Shown piece after piece: positions 1 to 12,812 of a DNA stretch of 56,781 nt; position 1 is the first letter of the stretch, and each line of letters begins with the position of its first letter. Made by a program: the position numbers and the translations under genes. The stretch is from contig JAPEUG010000071.1 of NCBI GenBank assembly GCA_026025795.1, forward strand, positions 1-56,781. The letters run 5' to 3'. Source of the DNA: Thelocarpon superellum. Its lineage: Eukaryota. The notes below the pieces were generated by a model, which saw only the letters and a list, made by a program, of their open reading frames with translations, was not told where the DNA came from and did no database searches.

Positions 1-209
1 CAAGAATCATCGAGACCGGCTTTTGCGAGGCATTTGCATTCATTCAACAATCTCATAGGTAGGGACCCATCTGCTTGTTTGCTATGGATCGAGCGCTGGG
101 AAAAGCAAAGAAGTGGAGATGCATCGAGCCGACGGGAAGACGAAGAGACGGGAAGAGCAGAGACAACGTCATCCTAGCCAATGGCAGGTAGCCAACGGCA
201 GGACATGCC

Positions 210-3200
210 CTACAACCAATTCGCCTCGTTTCTCTCAGCCCTCGAGTAGAGAATGGCGAACACTTTGCTGCGCATCCTCTCGCTTTCCGAACCGTCGCCT
301 TCCGATTTCGCCATCCTGTCGTCCGCCGTCGCCTCGTCCACCGTTCGCTTTCGCGCTTCCTCGTCATTCGTCCCCTTCCTATCCCGAGCCTCCTTTCCCT
401 TGCGTCTCATCAGACGCTCACCGAATTCGTCGTCTCCATCGTAGAGATCTTCTTCTCTATGGTCGTGGACAATCTCGTCCGACGACGGAACCTTGGCCAT
501 CCAGGCTCTCATGATCGATCGTTCCACGTCGACGCTGATGTTGTCAAGCTTGTCATTGACGAATGGCGACGCCGAGGCCAAGGACAGCTGGTCGCGTGGT
601 CTACCACGGCATGAGCATTGCGTAGAATCAAGGGTCGGGAATGAGCAACGTACCCCCACGCACTACACCCCGGGTCATACAACTCCGTCAGGAAGCTGTT
701 CTTGCTTACCGTTCCAAAGAGATGTGTCTCTACGACGCGATCGCGCGCTGCGTCCACGAGATCCCAGAGTTTCTTGAACTTGGCCAGATCCAGGACCGCG
801 CCCCGGAGGAGGGTCACGGCATCGTGGGCGTAGGGAATCGCCAAAGAAGCGTCGACGTTTCGCGTCGTCTTTCCGTCCAGCGCGTTATATGACTCTCGGA
901 CGAGGTGGACGTTCCGCGTGTACTCCTTGGTGATCTCTTGCCGCAGACCCGTGCGACCAGCTGTTCTCACGTCAGCCGCCGGTCTTTCTCGATCGCTGAG
1001 ACGACTTACCAAAGATGGGAATGACCGGGTCGAGAAGATTCTCGAGCGTGTCCTCATACCGTGCTCCCAGCATGTAGGACAGGTTCTCTAGCAGTCCGCT
1101 GATGCCCTCCTTGTCGAGGTCTCGCCACGACACCTTGAAGGCGTCTCGGCTGAACTTCTCCTCGATTGCACGCACAATCACATCCGCACCGTGAAGGTCG
1201 CCGTAGAAGACGAGGAGCTCGGCAACCTTGACAAACTTCGTCACCATCTGAGCCCGCTTGGTCGGCCTGTCCGTGTTGAGGATGGAGAAAAGCACCCACT
1301 GGCGGATCATCTTGCTTCGTTTGTCCAGTCGACACGCGCGGAGGAGTTCGGGGGTGATCACCGAGACCGAACCGGTGAAGGGGTGATGTTTGAGTCGGGT
1401 CTCCAAGCCCGTCGGATCCACGGCCTCGCGAAAGAAGATGAGGTCGACCGCGGCGAGGTACTGTGCCAGGAGCGCATGGTCCAGGATCATCACGGCCGAT
1501 TGTCGACTAGGAGCCGGCTTGAGAGCCTTGATGGCATCGCGGTACTCCGACCGTCGGTTCAACGTCACCGCCTGCACCTCTGTCATAAGCGTCCCCTCTG
1601 CCGTCTCCGGATACTCCGGAGTGCCCCCGTACATGTACTCCATGTAGTCCATAAACTCCGTCTCCTTCAGCCGATCCCGGCGCTCCTTTTGAAGGGTGCT
1701 GATGCGTCGCGCCAGGGTCTGGGCCGTGACGTGGACCAATCCGTCGTCGATGACGTTGCCACGCAGGAAGACGTCGAGCATCTCCGGATCCCATTTGACA
1801 CATTCGTCCTCTTTGATCTCGGCCCAGGTCTCCAGCAACAGCAAGATCTTGACTTGCATTCGCCCGCATTTCAGTCCGTGGGCCTCGGTGAATCGTTCCG
1901 CCAGGAATTTGAGGAGATCGAAGTCCGGCGCGAGGAGAGGGAGGGATCGAAGGACGAGGCTCGTGTACTTTTTCTGTGGCGCCAGCCCCTTTGGAAACAC
2001 GGGTCCCAGCAGCTCTCCCACGATGGCTCGGAGGGTCCCCGCGGTGGGCTGGATGGCCCCAGACACTCTCTCGAACACCAGCACCACCTCCTTCCCCACG
2101 CGGAGCTGGAGCACCTCCTGCGCACCCAGCTCCTGCGCGAAGGGTCGCCTCGTGAGGCCGTCGGGTGAGAACAGATCCAACATCGTTCTCCTCACCGACT
2201 TGGACCGGCTCGGCGTGGGTGCATCCCGCGCGAGTTCGGCCGGGGTCCGCTTCGCCTCAGTGGCGCGAACGGACTTGGACCTCGTGACCGAAGTCATGGT
2301 CGGAGGCTTGGACGGCGTGGCCTGGTCCACCCATCCAGTGGACTTGCGCCGTGGTGCCGCTAGCACCCCGAGCGCCGGTGAATGCGCCGCCAACATTTGC
2401 ACCTCGTCCTCTGCACCGATGGAGGGCGACATGAGCAGGCGAGATCGACGCGTCAGGGAGTGGTAAAGGCCGAGGCCGAGCCGGGTAAGGCGCTGGCGGC
2501 CGCCGTGATCGGAAGGCGGATCGGTCAGAAACAACTCCGAGTCCGTGGTGGGGATGACGATGCCGGCGGCATGGAACTTCTTGAGGCGCTTGAGGTAGCC
2601 GCGGTCCATCGACCTCGACTGGTTCGAGGCCTTGCTGCCAGAGCGTGGCAGTTGGAGGTGTGGAAAGCGGTGCACGCCGAACATCCGCCGCACCGAGCCA
2701 CGACTCATCAGCCTCGACGGCACCTTGGCATCCTGCGATGGTGCCTCGGCCGTGGTGGCCTGAAGGTGATAGGGGGTGCCGGCCACGGAAGCGTCCTCGG
2801 TTTGCGCGAACACATCGGCATCACCGTGTGCTTGGGAGACTGGTGCCAGCGGGTGTTGGGAGTTGACGGACCCATCCGTCGCTCCGGGCACAACAGCTGG
2901 CTGAGTTTGGGGCAGTACTGCCTCACCGGCAACCATCTGCCGCACCGTCTCTTGGATCTGCGCGCTGGTCCAGGACTGGTTCACATCGATGACGCGAGGG
3001 GGGGTGCGCGGGAGAGGGATGGACGGAGGAGGGCTGGCCAGGCTCCTCGTCGGTCTGGCGGTGGTGCTGAGTCGACGGTGGGCCAGACCGCCGACAGGCC
3101 ACGATGGCTGGCGCCCGAGATCATCTTGGCGGCTGGGGCCTTCCGAGGGAAAGTAGAAGGGGAGCTCTCCGTAGACGATCGTGCGCTGGAAGGGGATGTT

Positions 3201-3521
3201 AGAGGAGGGGGGCTCCAGCGCCATCAGCTCTTGCCAGCTGAGGCTCGCCATGTTCTCAATCGAAGGTTGGGCCACCTGGGCGTCAGCCCGAGGCGGCGAG
3301 GGTGTGCGATCCCCCGTGGGGGACGCCGTCCGCGGCATCACCGCTGAGACAACGGGGCGACACCGCAGCGGCAGGAAGATGTGGGAGAGTGCGGCGGGTT
3401 GGATGGTGGCTGGTTGGAGGTCTAAGCTTGCCAATGCAAGCCGCAGTTGCGCTGTGGTGAGCTTGCGGCGATCAGCTTGGAAGAGTCGAGGCTGAGCAGC
3501 GTCAGGATTCGTGGGAGACAT
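210..3521 (-). CDS. Ras guanine-nucleotide exchange factor (REM + CDC25-like catalytic domain) with a long disordered N-terminus; multi-exon
   Basis: The 852-aa ORF (972..3530) ends in REM-like (VKILLLLETWAE) and CDC25-like segments (LAQYLAAVDLIFFR; IRQWVLFSILNTDRPTKRAQMVTKFVKVAELL; PVIPIFG). Intron GTAAGT(1009)..CAG(961) joins it in frame to the 509..1057 ORF. A further donor at 709 leads toward the 210..659 ORF. 3' exon structure is uncertain. Confidence 0.72.
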
Positions 3522-4144
3522 GGCAAACAACCGTCCGGATCTAATTGAATGACAGTGGGCGTGGGTGCTGACTCGGCGTGACGTTTCTCGGCGATGGGAG
3601 AGTCAACGACGACGATGGACACGTAGGGTTCAGGGCTCCCGATGCACACCCGACCATGAAGGGACGACGGGGCACGCCGCGCATACGAGCGGCTCGACAA
3701 TGTCCGATCCCAGGCATGCGCGTCCACGGAGAGACTTCACAGCACCGCTTGAACGGAGGCAAACACGGCGTACCCCCGCCCCCCGCAATGCACGGCATGT
3801 TGAGAAACGAAGAGAGCGCCCAGAGGCGTTGCAAGCTTTGTGCACCGGAGATCCATTTTTCCATTGTTTCGGTCATGCTAATCTCTGATAGCATAATCGA
3901 TCTGGCATCCTCCATCATGTTCCTTGGAAGAATCTCGTCGGTGGACGATGATTGGCAATCACCAAGGGCCTCGTCACACCATCACGAGCCTTTGACCAGT
4001 GGAGGAGGCCCCGATCACAGACGTATGGAAAATACGAGGAAGATCTCCGAGGAGAGACATCATTGGTGTGGGAAATCCAGCACGCGATAGATGAATAATG
4101 TTGCCATGATGACAGGGAAATCGATCATGACCACAATAGTGATG

Positions 4145-4691
4145 GATACTACGAGGAGGGTGCGATACCACAGGGAGTGTGGGATATCACACGAGGCGTG
4201 AAACATCACCAAGAGCACCTACCACCACGAGGGGCGCGATGTACTATATGGAGCGTGGGATATTCTGAAGAGAAAACGATACCACGAGGGGCGTGTCGTA
4301 TCATGGCGGGGCGTATGGCATCACGAGGAGCGTGGGATACCACAAGGGGTGCGCAACACCAGAAGGAGCATCAGATCCCACAAGGAACGGGAGATACCGC
4401 AAGGAGTGTGGGAATTGTAAGGGAAATGGGACATCGTGAGGGGTGTGCCACCATGAGAGCAGTCAGATATCAAAAGGAGTGTGCAGTGCCACGAGGAGCA
4501 CGTCATGTCACAAAGGATGTGCGATACGACATGGAGGATGCTCTACCAGGGTGGGCATGGAACATAACGGGGTGCGTGGGACACCACAAGACGCGTAGGA
4601 CACTGCGAGGGGCACGTCAAACCCTGAGCAGCACGCGAATCACAAGAGGCGTGTACTCATCTAATGGAATGCGATGTCACGAAGAGAGTGG
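4145..4691 (+). repeat. Degenerate 19-bp tandem array (minisatellite), ~29 units, consensus about GATACCACGAGGAGCGTGG
   Basis: Manual phasing gives units such as gataccacagggagtgtgg (4164), gataccacgaggggcgtgt (4278), ggcatcacgaggagcgtgg (4317), gataccacaaggggtgcgc (4336), gataccgcaaggagtgtgg (4393), gatatcaaaaggagtgtgc (4466) and gacaccacaagacgcgtag (4580). Most units are exactly 19 nt; a few are 17-20 nt. Confidence 0.85.
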
Positions 4692-4865
4692 TATTGAAAT
4701 TCATGTCGGATTGCGGACGTTGGCGTTCCCCAGTTGGCGCTAACGCAAATTGGATTAATGGAGCATCGAACAAATCATCTACCACCAGCGATCGCCGCAG
4801 CACTCGAAAGTCCTTCCCGAGACACTATCCCCTCCCACGGACCATGTTCGATCCGGACCGATAGA

Positions 4866-5461
4866 ATGGGCGGGAACGACTACACCGCCGCGGCCGGCGG
4901 AGCCCTGAAACTCAAGGGCGTCAGCAACGGCAAGGTGGACAAGCACAAGAAAAGGAAGAAGCGGAAGGAGGGCGAGAGCCAGGACGGAGCTCGATCAGCG
5001 CCGTCGGTGTCTCGGGCCCCCACAGCAATCGATGAGGAGTCTGCAGTGGCGAGGGAGCAGGACGGCGAGGGGAATGACGACGATCGCCAGCCGCGTGTCC
5101 GACAACAGTCGCTGCCTGCAGCGGGCGAGGCCGACCCAGACGACGCGGCACAAGATCGCAAGACGGCGGCGGAGAAGCGGTATGAGGAACAGCGGCGGAA
5201 ACGGGTATGCTCGAGCAATACCTGATGAGATGCGGAGATGGTGGTACTGATCAAGTCGCCGCAGCTCTTGGATCGCATTCAGCGCGAGGGTCTCAAGTCT
5301 CATAAGGAACGGGTGGAGGACCTCAATAAATACCTCGCAAATCTGAGCGAGCATCACGACATGTACGTGGCGTCCCTGGCACTGCGGGGCGCTCCGTCTT
5401 ACTCTGTATCCTCTGCTGATATCTCACGCTACGATATAGGCCTCGTATCGGGCCTGGCTAA
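4866..5461 (+). CDS. FAM32A/DUF1754-family small basic protein (spliceosome-associated); 3 exons (4866-5204, 5265-5362, 5440-5461)
   Basis: GGALKLKGV...KKRKK N-terminus, KTAAEKRYEEQRRKR, KSHKERVEDLNKYLANLSEHHDMPRIGPG* C-terminus; GT-AG introns restore the frame. Confidence 0.9.
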
Positions 5462-5744
5462 GACCTGTGGCGCGTCGACGGAGAATGGTGGGTCGAAGCG
5501 TCGAAGCTGCTTGGTCGCTCGGGCGGCGTTACTCGTACCATTTACAGGATGCCACCGTATTTCAGCTGGCAGGTGGGGGTGTACAGAACAACTTCGTCTC
5601 AGGCTGTGACCACCCGACTGCTACTATCAACGTATGAAGGCTATATGATGCAAGCGAACGACGCCATGACCCAGGCCATCGGCTCGAGCCCGTCTCATTC
5701 CTCCTGCCACATCTCGGACATAGGAAATGCAATGAATGTGAGAA

Positions 5745-7989
5745 TCAGTCTTGATCAAGAATGGGCATCCAGCCCTCTCGCTCCTCTTGGCTCTCCCAAT
5801 CGATGTCTCGTCCCGCGAACAGATGGCGGTCCAGGATCTCGGTAGGGGTCTCGCACGAGTCACTGGCCGCGCAGCTGTCCTCATCCACCACCGAGTCCGA
5901 CGAGTTGGACTCCGGCACGGTGGGGTGAGGGCCAGTCAGGCCGACGGCAAAGCGGGGCACGCGCTGGATCTTGCTAATGCGTTCCTCCGATTCGGGTGAC
6001 GGCGTAGGGTAGGGATTGGACGTCTTGGGGGTGACTGTCGTCGGCGTGCGGAGGTGGTGCAACTCACGCTGCAGCGACGACACGTGTCGCTCCAGCTTCT
6101 TGCGCGCCGCTTGCTCGTGCTTCAGCAGCGCGAGCAAGGCCGTGTAGTGTTCCATGGCCAGGGTCGGCGGCCCGGCGGCCCGGGCGCCATGACTCCGCGT
6201 CGGCGTCTGCGACGGCGTCGGCCCCGGCGGAGGCGGCGTCTGATCTCGGGGCTCCGCTGTATCCTCGCGCGGCGTGATAGGCACGTTGTTGTACTGGCTG
6301 GACCGCTCAAACGATCGACCATGCGAGAGCGTGCCTGACGCCTGCGAATGCACTGGCGATGGCGGCCCGACCTTGTTCTTGGGCGAGATCGATCGGCGTT
6401 CGCGGAACGAGCGCCGCTTGGGCGCATCTTGGAGGATAAATTCGTTGCTCCCCGTGCACGTGAGGCGAGGCGCGCTCTGAAGCTCCACCACGACCGTTTC
6501 GAGCTTCGACGTCCGTTGCTCCAGCGTTCCCACACGAGCGTCCAGGCCCTTAGGCTCCGCACTCTCCGTCTCCCCGAGTCCCAGGACGCCTTTGAAGGGG
6601 GTAAAGGTGGAGACATGCGTCTCTTGGATGGGGTGGTCCCGGCGCTTACTCCGCGATGACGACGCGGCCGAGGTCTCGGACGAGCGTGGTCGCGCCTCTT
6701 TGGCTTTTTGGTTCGTCTCCTTGTCCGTGGCCGATTTCCATCGGCCGGCCTCGTCGAAGGCGCGCAGGTCGTTCGCACTCCGAGATCTCCGTCGAGCGCG
6801 GCTAGTACCCGACGCCACTCCCTCGTCGTCGGAATTCATAGCTTGGTCAGGCTCCGCGCCACGCGTGTCCTGGCGGCTGGGAGGGCGCTCAATGGCCACC
6901 GCGTCCGCCCCAGGGAGCGACGCCCGTCGTGCCCGGGTCGGCCCCTGCGTCTCGTCGTGCAAAAACGCTTCCCTCGACTCGACCCGCGGCGCCCCGTGCT
7001 CGTGATCCCGGGGTCGAGGAGCCGACGGTGTAGAACGCCGCTGATGGCTGAGCTGAAACTCCCGGCTGAATTGGAGATCGGTGCCATTGGGCGTGTTGGA
7101 TCCCAACGGCGTGGACTTGGTAATCTCGCCAAAAGGCGCCGAAGCCGCTCGTGAGGATGGCGTGGGTGTGTTGCGTGGTAACGAATCATCCAGCATGGCG
7201 GCGAGAAAGCCCGGGTCCTAGGGCCATTAGCATCCAAGTACCATCTTCGAAGATGGACATGGGCGAGCTTACACTGCGATGATGTTCGGGTGCTCGGCCG
7301 GCTTGTCCGAGGGGCCGGCTGATCACGGGTGGCGTGGTCAAGAGATCTTTTCGAACCTCTCTCCGCGTGCCTCGCCGACTGAACAAACGTTGTAGGGCGA
7401 CCTTCACCGGGTTGCCTTTCCTCCTGGTCTTCTCCGACGCCGTCGAGGGATGACGAGCCACCAGCTTTGGCGGGTCGAGATTGTAGGCGGGGGCATCCTT
7501 TCCATCGTCGTGGTGGTCGAGCAAGCCCACCTCGTTGAATGACGCGATCCGGGCCTTCTTGGTCTTGATCGCCCGCGCGGGGAGAGTGGGCATGGGTTCT
7601 TCCGTGCCGGTGGTGGTGAAGGCACGCCCAATCTCCGCGGTGGCGGGGGGATCGATGCCGCGTTCGGCCTCGTCCTCTTCCGCTTGGGGAGCCTCGGTGA
7701 TGGAGAAGACGGCGGTGGAGTTACGCAAGGGAAACTCTTCGTCAGGATCCTTGGGCACGGAGAAGGGCCCGCTGATAGTCAAGCTGCCGCGACGGACGGC
7801 CGCGGGAGCGGTCTTGGTGGCACGCTCGGGGGAACCTTTGTGTTTCTTGGATCCACTCATCCGTCGTCGACGAAAAGAGCCTTTGGACGATGTCGGCTGT
7901 TCCGGGCTATCGGAATCCGCCGAATACCACGACATCTTGGAGGCGGCGCTGATCTCACGCGAAGATATGGTAACCTCGCGCGGGGACAT
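5745..7989 (-). CDS. Conserved fungal hypothetical protein, low-complexity with C-terminal coiled coils; 2 exons (intron 7218-7272)
   Basis: The 271-aa and 483-aa ORFs join in frame through GTAAGC..CTAAT..TAG (HHRS|DPG). Coiled-coil segments LDARVGTLEQRTSKLE and YTALLALLKHEQAARKKLERHVSSLQRELH. Start codon is uncertain. Confidence 0.7.
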
Positions 7990-9669
7990 GTCGAGGGGCA
8001 AGGAGCCAGCGCACGTTTATGTACCGGGTCGTGGAGAGAGGGGCGTGGGCGGAGGAAGATGACGGAGCAGAGGTCCACATGCGCCGCGCCGTCTCCCGCC
8101 GGGGGTGGCGGTCCATTTGACAAGAGCGTCCGCGTGGGCGGCGATTCAGGTGTTGCATAGGCTCCAGGATCCATCGCGACTGGTAGTGCATCAACTGTAA
8201 TGTCGCTTGGGACTAAGATGGCCGCATGGAATGGAGCCCCCGGAAATAGCGTGAGGTGGTATCAAGATCCGTCAGGCAAGGGTGCTCTGGGGGATGTACC
8301 GAGGAGGCAGCCCGCCTGTCTCGAGTGCCGGAGTACCGCCCTCATTCTTGTCTGCCCGTGACCGACCTGGCCTGGACGGGGACGGAAGGCCCTCCGGCAG
8401 TGTGAGCTGGGCGAGCGACCAATGAGGGCGTCGACCGTCTCGTCCGTCATGGACGGTACCTGTCTCATCGTCGGCTCTGGCCTCGGCCAGGAGGGGTGGA
8501 GGCCTGGTCTGAAACGGTTAGCGGCGAGGCGACCGACGAGAGCCCCACGACCGGCGGCGAGCTCCACGGCGACTCGTGGCCTGAAGAAGGGGGTGCCACG
8601 CCCTTGAACATCAATGCAAAACGTCGCGACCAAACCTTACCCGGGTGCCAGCTCCAATGAAGGCCAGCATGGCCATCGCCGAGGCCACACGACGCTATCA
8701 ACGTTTCTTATGCCTTGACGCAAGGATGGCGCCGCGATGCGTCCCCCGGTGCTCGCACAGTAGTGTGCATGCCGGTACGAGTACTCGGACAGACGAGCTT
8801 GTCACCGTCTACGCCAACCGCTATGCACCCCAGCATGACGCAAAGGTCGTGCCATTCCTCCGGGACTACTCCGGTGGAGGCGATGGAGGCGACGGCTTAC
8901 CCGCCGGCCCCTTCTCTCCTGATCAGCCGGACGCGCGGAGTTGTACAATGATAGGCAGATGGACATAAGGTGCATTGAGGGGCTGCGCGTGGGCTCAGTG
9001 CCCGTAGATCTGAAGGTGCCGCCAGAAGCCATCATGCCTCGGGGCGTCCGAGTGTCTCTCGCTGGATGGAGTTAGGCCGGTCGTGTCCCACGATCAAGCA
9101 ATGTCACGAGAGAGCACGGTGATTGGTGTCGCGTGTCATCGTGAACCGGTCAAGGTCGGTTCGCAAAGCGTCCAGCCCGCTGACTCGAGCATCGTGGGGG
9201 ACGGAGAAGAGGCCCAGGAGAGCAATTCAGTTCTACTCATTACCATCCGTCGCCGTTGGTCTCCTCGTAATGCAGAGTTGGTACTCGTGACAGACGACCG
9301 TAAAACACAAAGGAGACTTATGCGTTCTCTGCCGACTTGAAAAGGCGATATGGTCAAGGGCAGTCCTACGTCCGTTGAAGCAGCATGGCGGCGAAGGCTC
9401 CGTGATTGTTTTGTGCTCTAGCGAACAGGACCGGGAGAGAGCAACGAGTGGGTGGAGAGGATCTGGTCGGGCTGCCAGACTGCGGAGCGCTACTACTGAA
9501 GACTAGTAGTCTTGCTTACGTGTTGGGTGACAAGTGCCGTCGCCCCGGATCGTCATGCATCCCGTACTTCATGTCACAGAAGTGTCAGGCACCCGATCGA
9601 CAAACGAGTTGTCGCAGATGGACCGCCTCGTTCCGTGCCGTCATTGGGATCCAAGGTGTACTGCGCAGG

Positions 9670-12088
9670 CTACGCTGCCCCCCTAGTGGAGAGGCTGGTC
9701 ACATCCGGATATCTCAGATCGGCATGCTCTTCAAGGAAAGCCATCCATCTCTTCAGGTACGCGCTGCCTCTAAGGGAGAATGAGTGTTCGTCCATGGGGG
9801 AATACATATCGGAGATAACTTGCCGTGATACTGTATCCGAGTCTCCAATAACGCAGAGATGGCGTTTAGGTCGAGTCATCGCAACTGACGGTAGTCAGCA
9901 GATACCGGTAGAAGCCGGCATGCCTCCTGCGGGTCCCTCACCATTCAGCCGTCGTTTTTCTCCCAGAAAGCCGACTTCATGTTCGGGATTACTTCGAACT
10001 AAGCTGACGACCACGGCCTCTTTTTCACGTCCCTGGAAGCCGTCGATGCTGCCCAGCTCGATTCCGGGGAACGCATCCTTGAGATCATGAGACAGCAGTG
10101 CGAGCTATCGGCGTCATGCTGTGGTTAGCGCAAGCGTTCATGCGGACATTCCAGAGACCGACATACCTGGGCGTTGTACGGCGTAATGACGGCGAGGTCG
10201 TCATGCTTCACCCCGGCGTCGATCAATCGTCGAACGTGCTGCTTGACGAGGGCTGCTTCCATCTCGTTGCTTTTGCTCTCACCGAGGGGCACCCCCTTTC
10301 CCGCCTTCTTGCCGACCTCTTCATCTTCGGTCTTCTCAGGGAAGTCGCCGCCCTGAGTATCCCAGAAAACCAAAGGTTCTGTGGTATCATCTGTCTCGCG
10401 GATGGGATATGGCAGATCGGTCAGGCAACGGTCTTTGACGCCAGCGGCCGCCACCAGTCGCCCGTCATAGAGCTCACTGGAAGGGAAGAGCATGATCTTC
10501 GTGTTCATACGATACTGGACGGTCAACATCCTCTTGATCGAAGGCCCATGCAACGCCAGTAGTCGATCGAAAAGCGTCGTCTCCAGCGTGAGTCCTGGTG
10601 ATGCCTCCGAAGGCCCGTTGGCTTTGGTCGCTTTGGTCGCTTTGGTCGATCCAGTCTTGGAGTTGAGCGATTTGATGGTCGGTGGCAGTTGGAGGTGGTC
10701 TCCTGCCACGACGACTTTCTTCGCCGCCAGGAGCGCAACCCAACACTGTGCTTCGAGCGCTTGACTACCTTCGTCGATGAGCACCACATCGAAGACCTGG
10801 TGTTTCAACTGAAAGCCGCCAGCCCCATGCAACGTGGCCAGCACCACCTTGCTGTCCCTTATCAGACTTTCAACACAGTTCCGTTCTCGCTCGCGGTACT
10901 CCTTTCGCAGGTCCTTGAGCTCGCCGTAAATGGCCCTCCGCTCCCGCGCATTCCGCGTCTTCCGTATACTCGCCTGTTTCTCGTCCATCTCCTTTCTCAC
11001 GTCCCGCACGATGGCCGCCGCCTCCGAGGTTTGCGTGAGCACATCAAGCGAATGGTCCAAGACCGAGGAGAGCAGGCGAGCCGGATGACCCAAGCGGATG
11101 ATAGGGACCTTGTGCGGCGCCAGTCGCTCCACAATATTGTCCACGGAGACATTCGACGGGCCACACACGAGCAGACGCTGTCCCTGCCGTAGCAGTTGGA
11201 GCACCAGCTCAACCAACGTCCGAGTCTTCCCCGTCTAGGGTGTGTGAGCATGCCAGCGGCAGTAAACAGGGAGCGCCGTGCTCACACCGGGTGGGCCGTG
11301 AATCAGAGCGACGTCCGGTGAGGCGAGGGCAAACGCCACGGCGGCGCGCTGAAAATCGTTAAGATTTGGGTCGATAAAGTCAAGAGGGTCACCGCCCGAG
11401 CCTGTACCTGGCGACGGTATAGAGACCGGGCCGGGTGACGAGTAGCCAAACAAGACCCGAATCAAGGAAGTGTATTCGGATTCCGTCATTGCCTGCAGTT
11501 TACTCATGGTCTGTTTCATCCTGCCCGCCGGATCAGTGGGGCATGCCAACTGTCGGAGACACAGTCCTACCGTTTGTATGTTACGTCGTTGGCCAGCTTG
11601 ATCCTGCCACGAGGGTCAATTGCCATGGTGGAACCCATTGCTCGGAGTCCTCACAGCCAGAGTCTTCCGGGGGGGGGATCTGCGTCATCCTTGTCGAGGG
11701 CGACGGCGATGTTGGACGTGGATACTTTGGTGACCACCCCCTCAACACCCGCGCTCTTCAGATCGGTCTTTTCTCGCCTCTTGGCCGATCCCGCCGGCTG
11801 GCCTTGCAGGGCGACGATATCTCCTGTCCGGATGCCATGCTCCGCCAAGGGACCCCCACCCACCGCAGTGTCAAGCTCCAGATCAACGACAGTCTTGCCG
11901 CCTAGGCCGGTGCGTTGTGATGAGACGGCTAGATTCAAAATAGCAACGCCGGCACGTTGAAGCGCTGCGGGGGGCAGGTGAGACAGGAGGGCTGACGTGT
12001 CGGACAATTCGGCTTCTAATTCATTGTCAAGCAGGGCCAATTGAGCCGCAGCAAACGCTGGGATGTCAGTTGGCGATGCTGGAGCCAT
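9670..12088 (-). CDS. HCS1: SF1 (Upf1-like) helicase Hcs1/SMUBP-2 (IGHMBP2 homolog); 7 exons
   Basis: Motif [32 protein letters not shown], motif [43 protein letters not shown]. Confidence 0.93.
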
Positions 12089-12812
12089 GACAGACTCCAA
12101 CAGGCTAGGTTGGCTGATACACGCCAAACTCCACGCTTCTGCTTCTACCCCAGTAGACTATTGGCAGATCATCTTATCGTGCACCAAGTAACAGCCACGC
12201 CAGACGTTATTCCTTGGACGACTGTGGCGACTGTGGCTTACCACCGTGATTGGTTAGAGGGCATGGCGGCTTGGCGGCTTGGCGTGAATGCTTATGTAAG
12301 GAAAGCTGCGCCACACGGGCGTAAAACATTGTGGGGAAGTGGGTGAGACGTGCATGGCACGACCCCTCGTTTCAACTGTACACTGCCCTTCCAGCCAGAC
12401 CTCGATTCCTTCCAGCTCCCTTCCACGATGCAGTGGGCAAAGGATGTTCGTGGCAAAAGCACGCGGGGCATCATGCCAAACTCCCTCGCCGGGTGACTGA
12501 AGAATCCGCTCCAGCACTTGGATCGTGGGGATCAATCTGCGCCATGACGACCGCTGAAGGATGATTCCACCGGAACTAAGCAGAGTCGATCCAGGTCGCC
12601 ATCTCAGAGTGCAACTACAAACCCCTGACATGCATAGTACGGTCAAACCAGGAGACTCCTCAGACGCCGTCGCACCATGGACATGTATGTCATCAGATGG
12701 ATGTATGCAGGAGGCTGTCGTAATGGTAGACGACTGGGAGGCAGGAGGGGACTTCTGTGCTGAGCCTGACTGAACGTTCACAGGATCGCAGGCAACGAGG
12801 ATGAAGGGTCAA

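Noticed and set aside
1191..3347. Long antisense ORFs (1191..2168, 1696..2466, 2382..3347) and similar shadows over other genes
   Set aside because: These are expected antisense or alternative-frame shadows of GC-rich coding sequence, with no recognisable domains.
4145..4691. CRISPR-like array
   Set aside because: Units are contiguous 19-mers with no unique spacers, no cas genes are present, and the host is a eukaryote.
8200..9600. Short ORFs between the hypothetical gene and HCS1
   Set aside because: No motifs and no consistent exon chain; probably promoter/UTR sequence.
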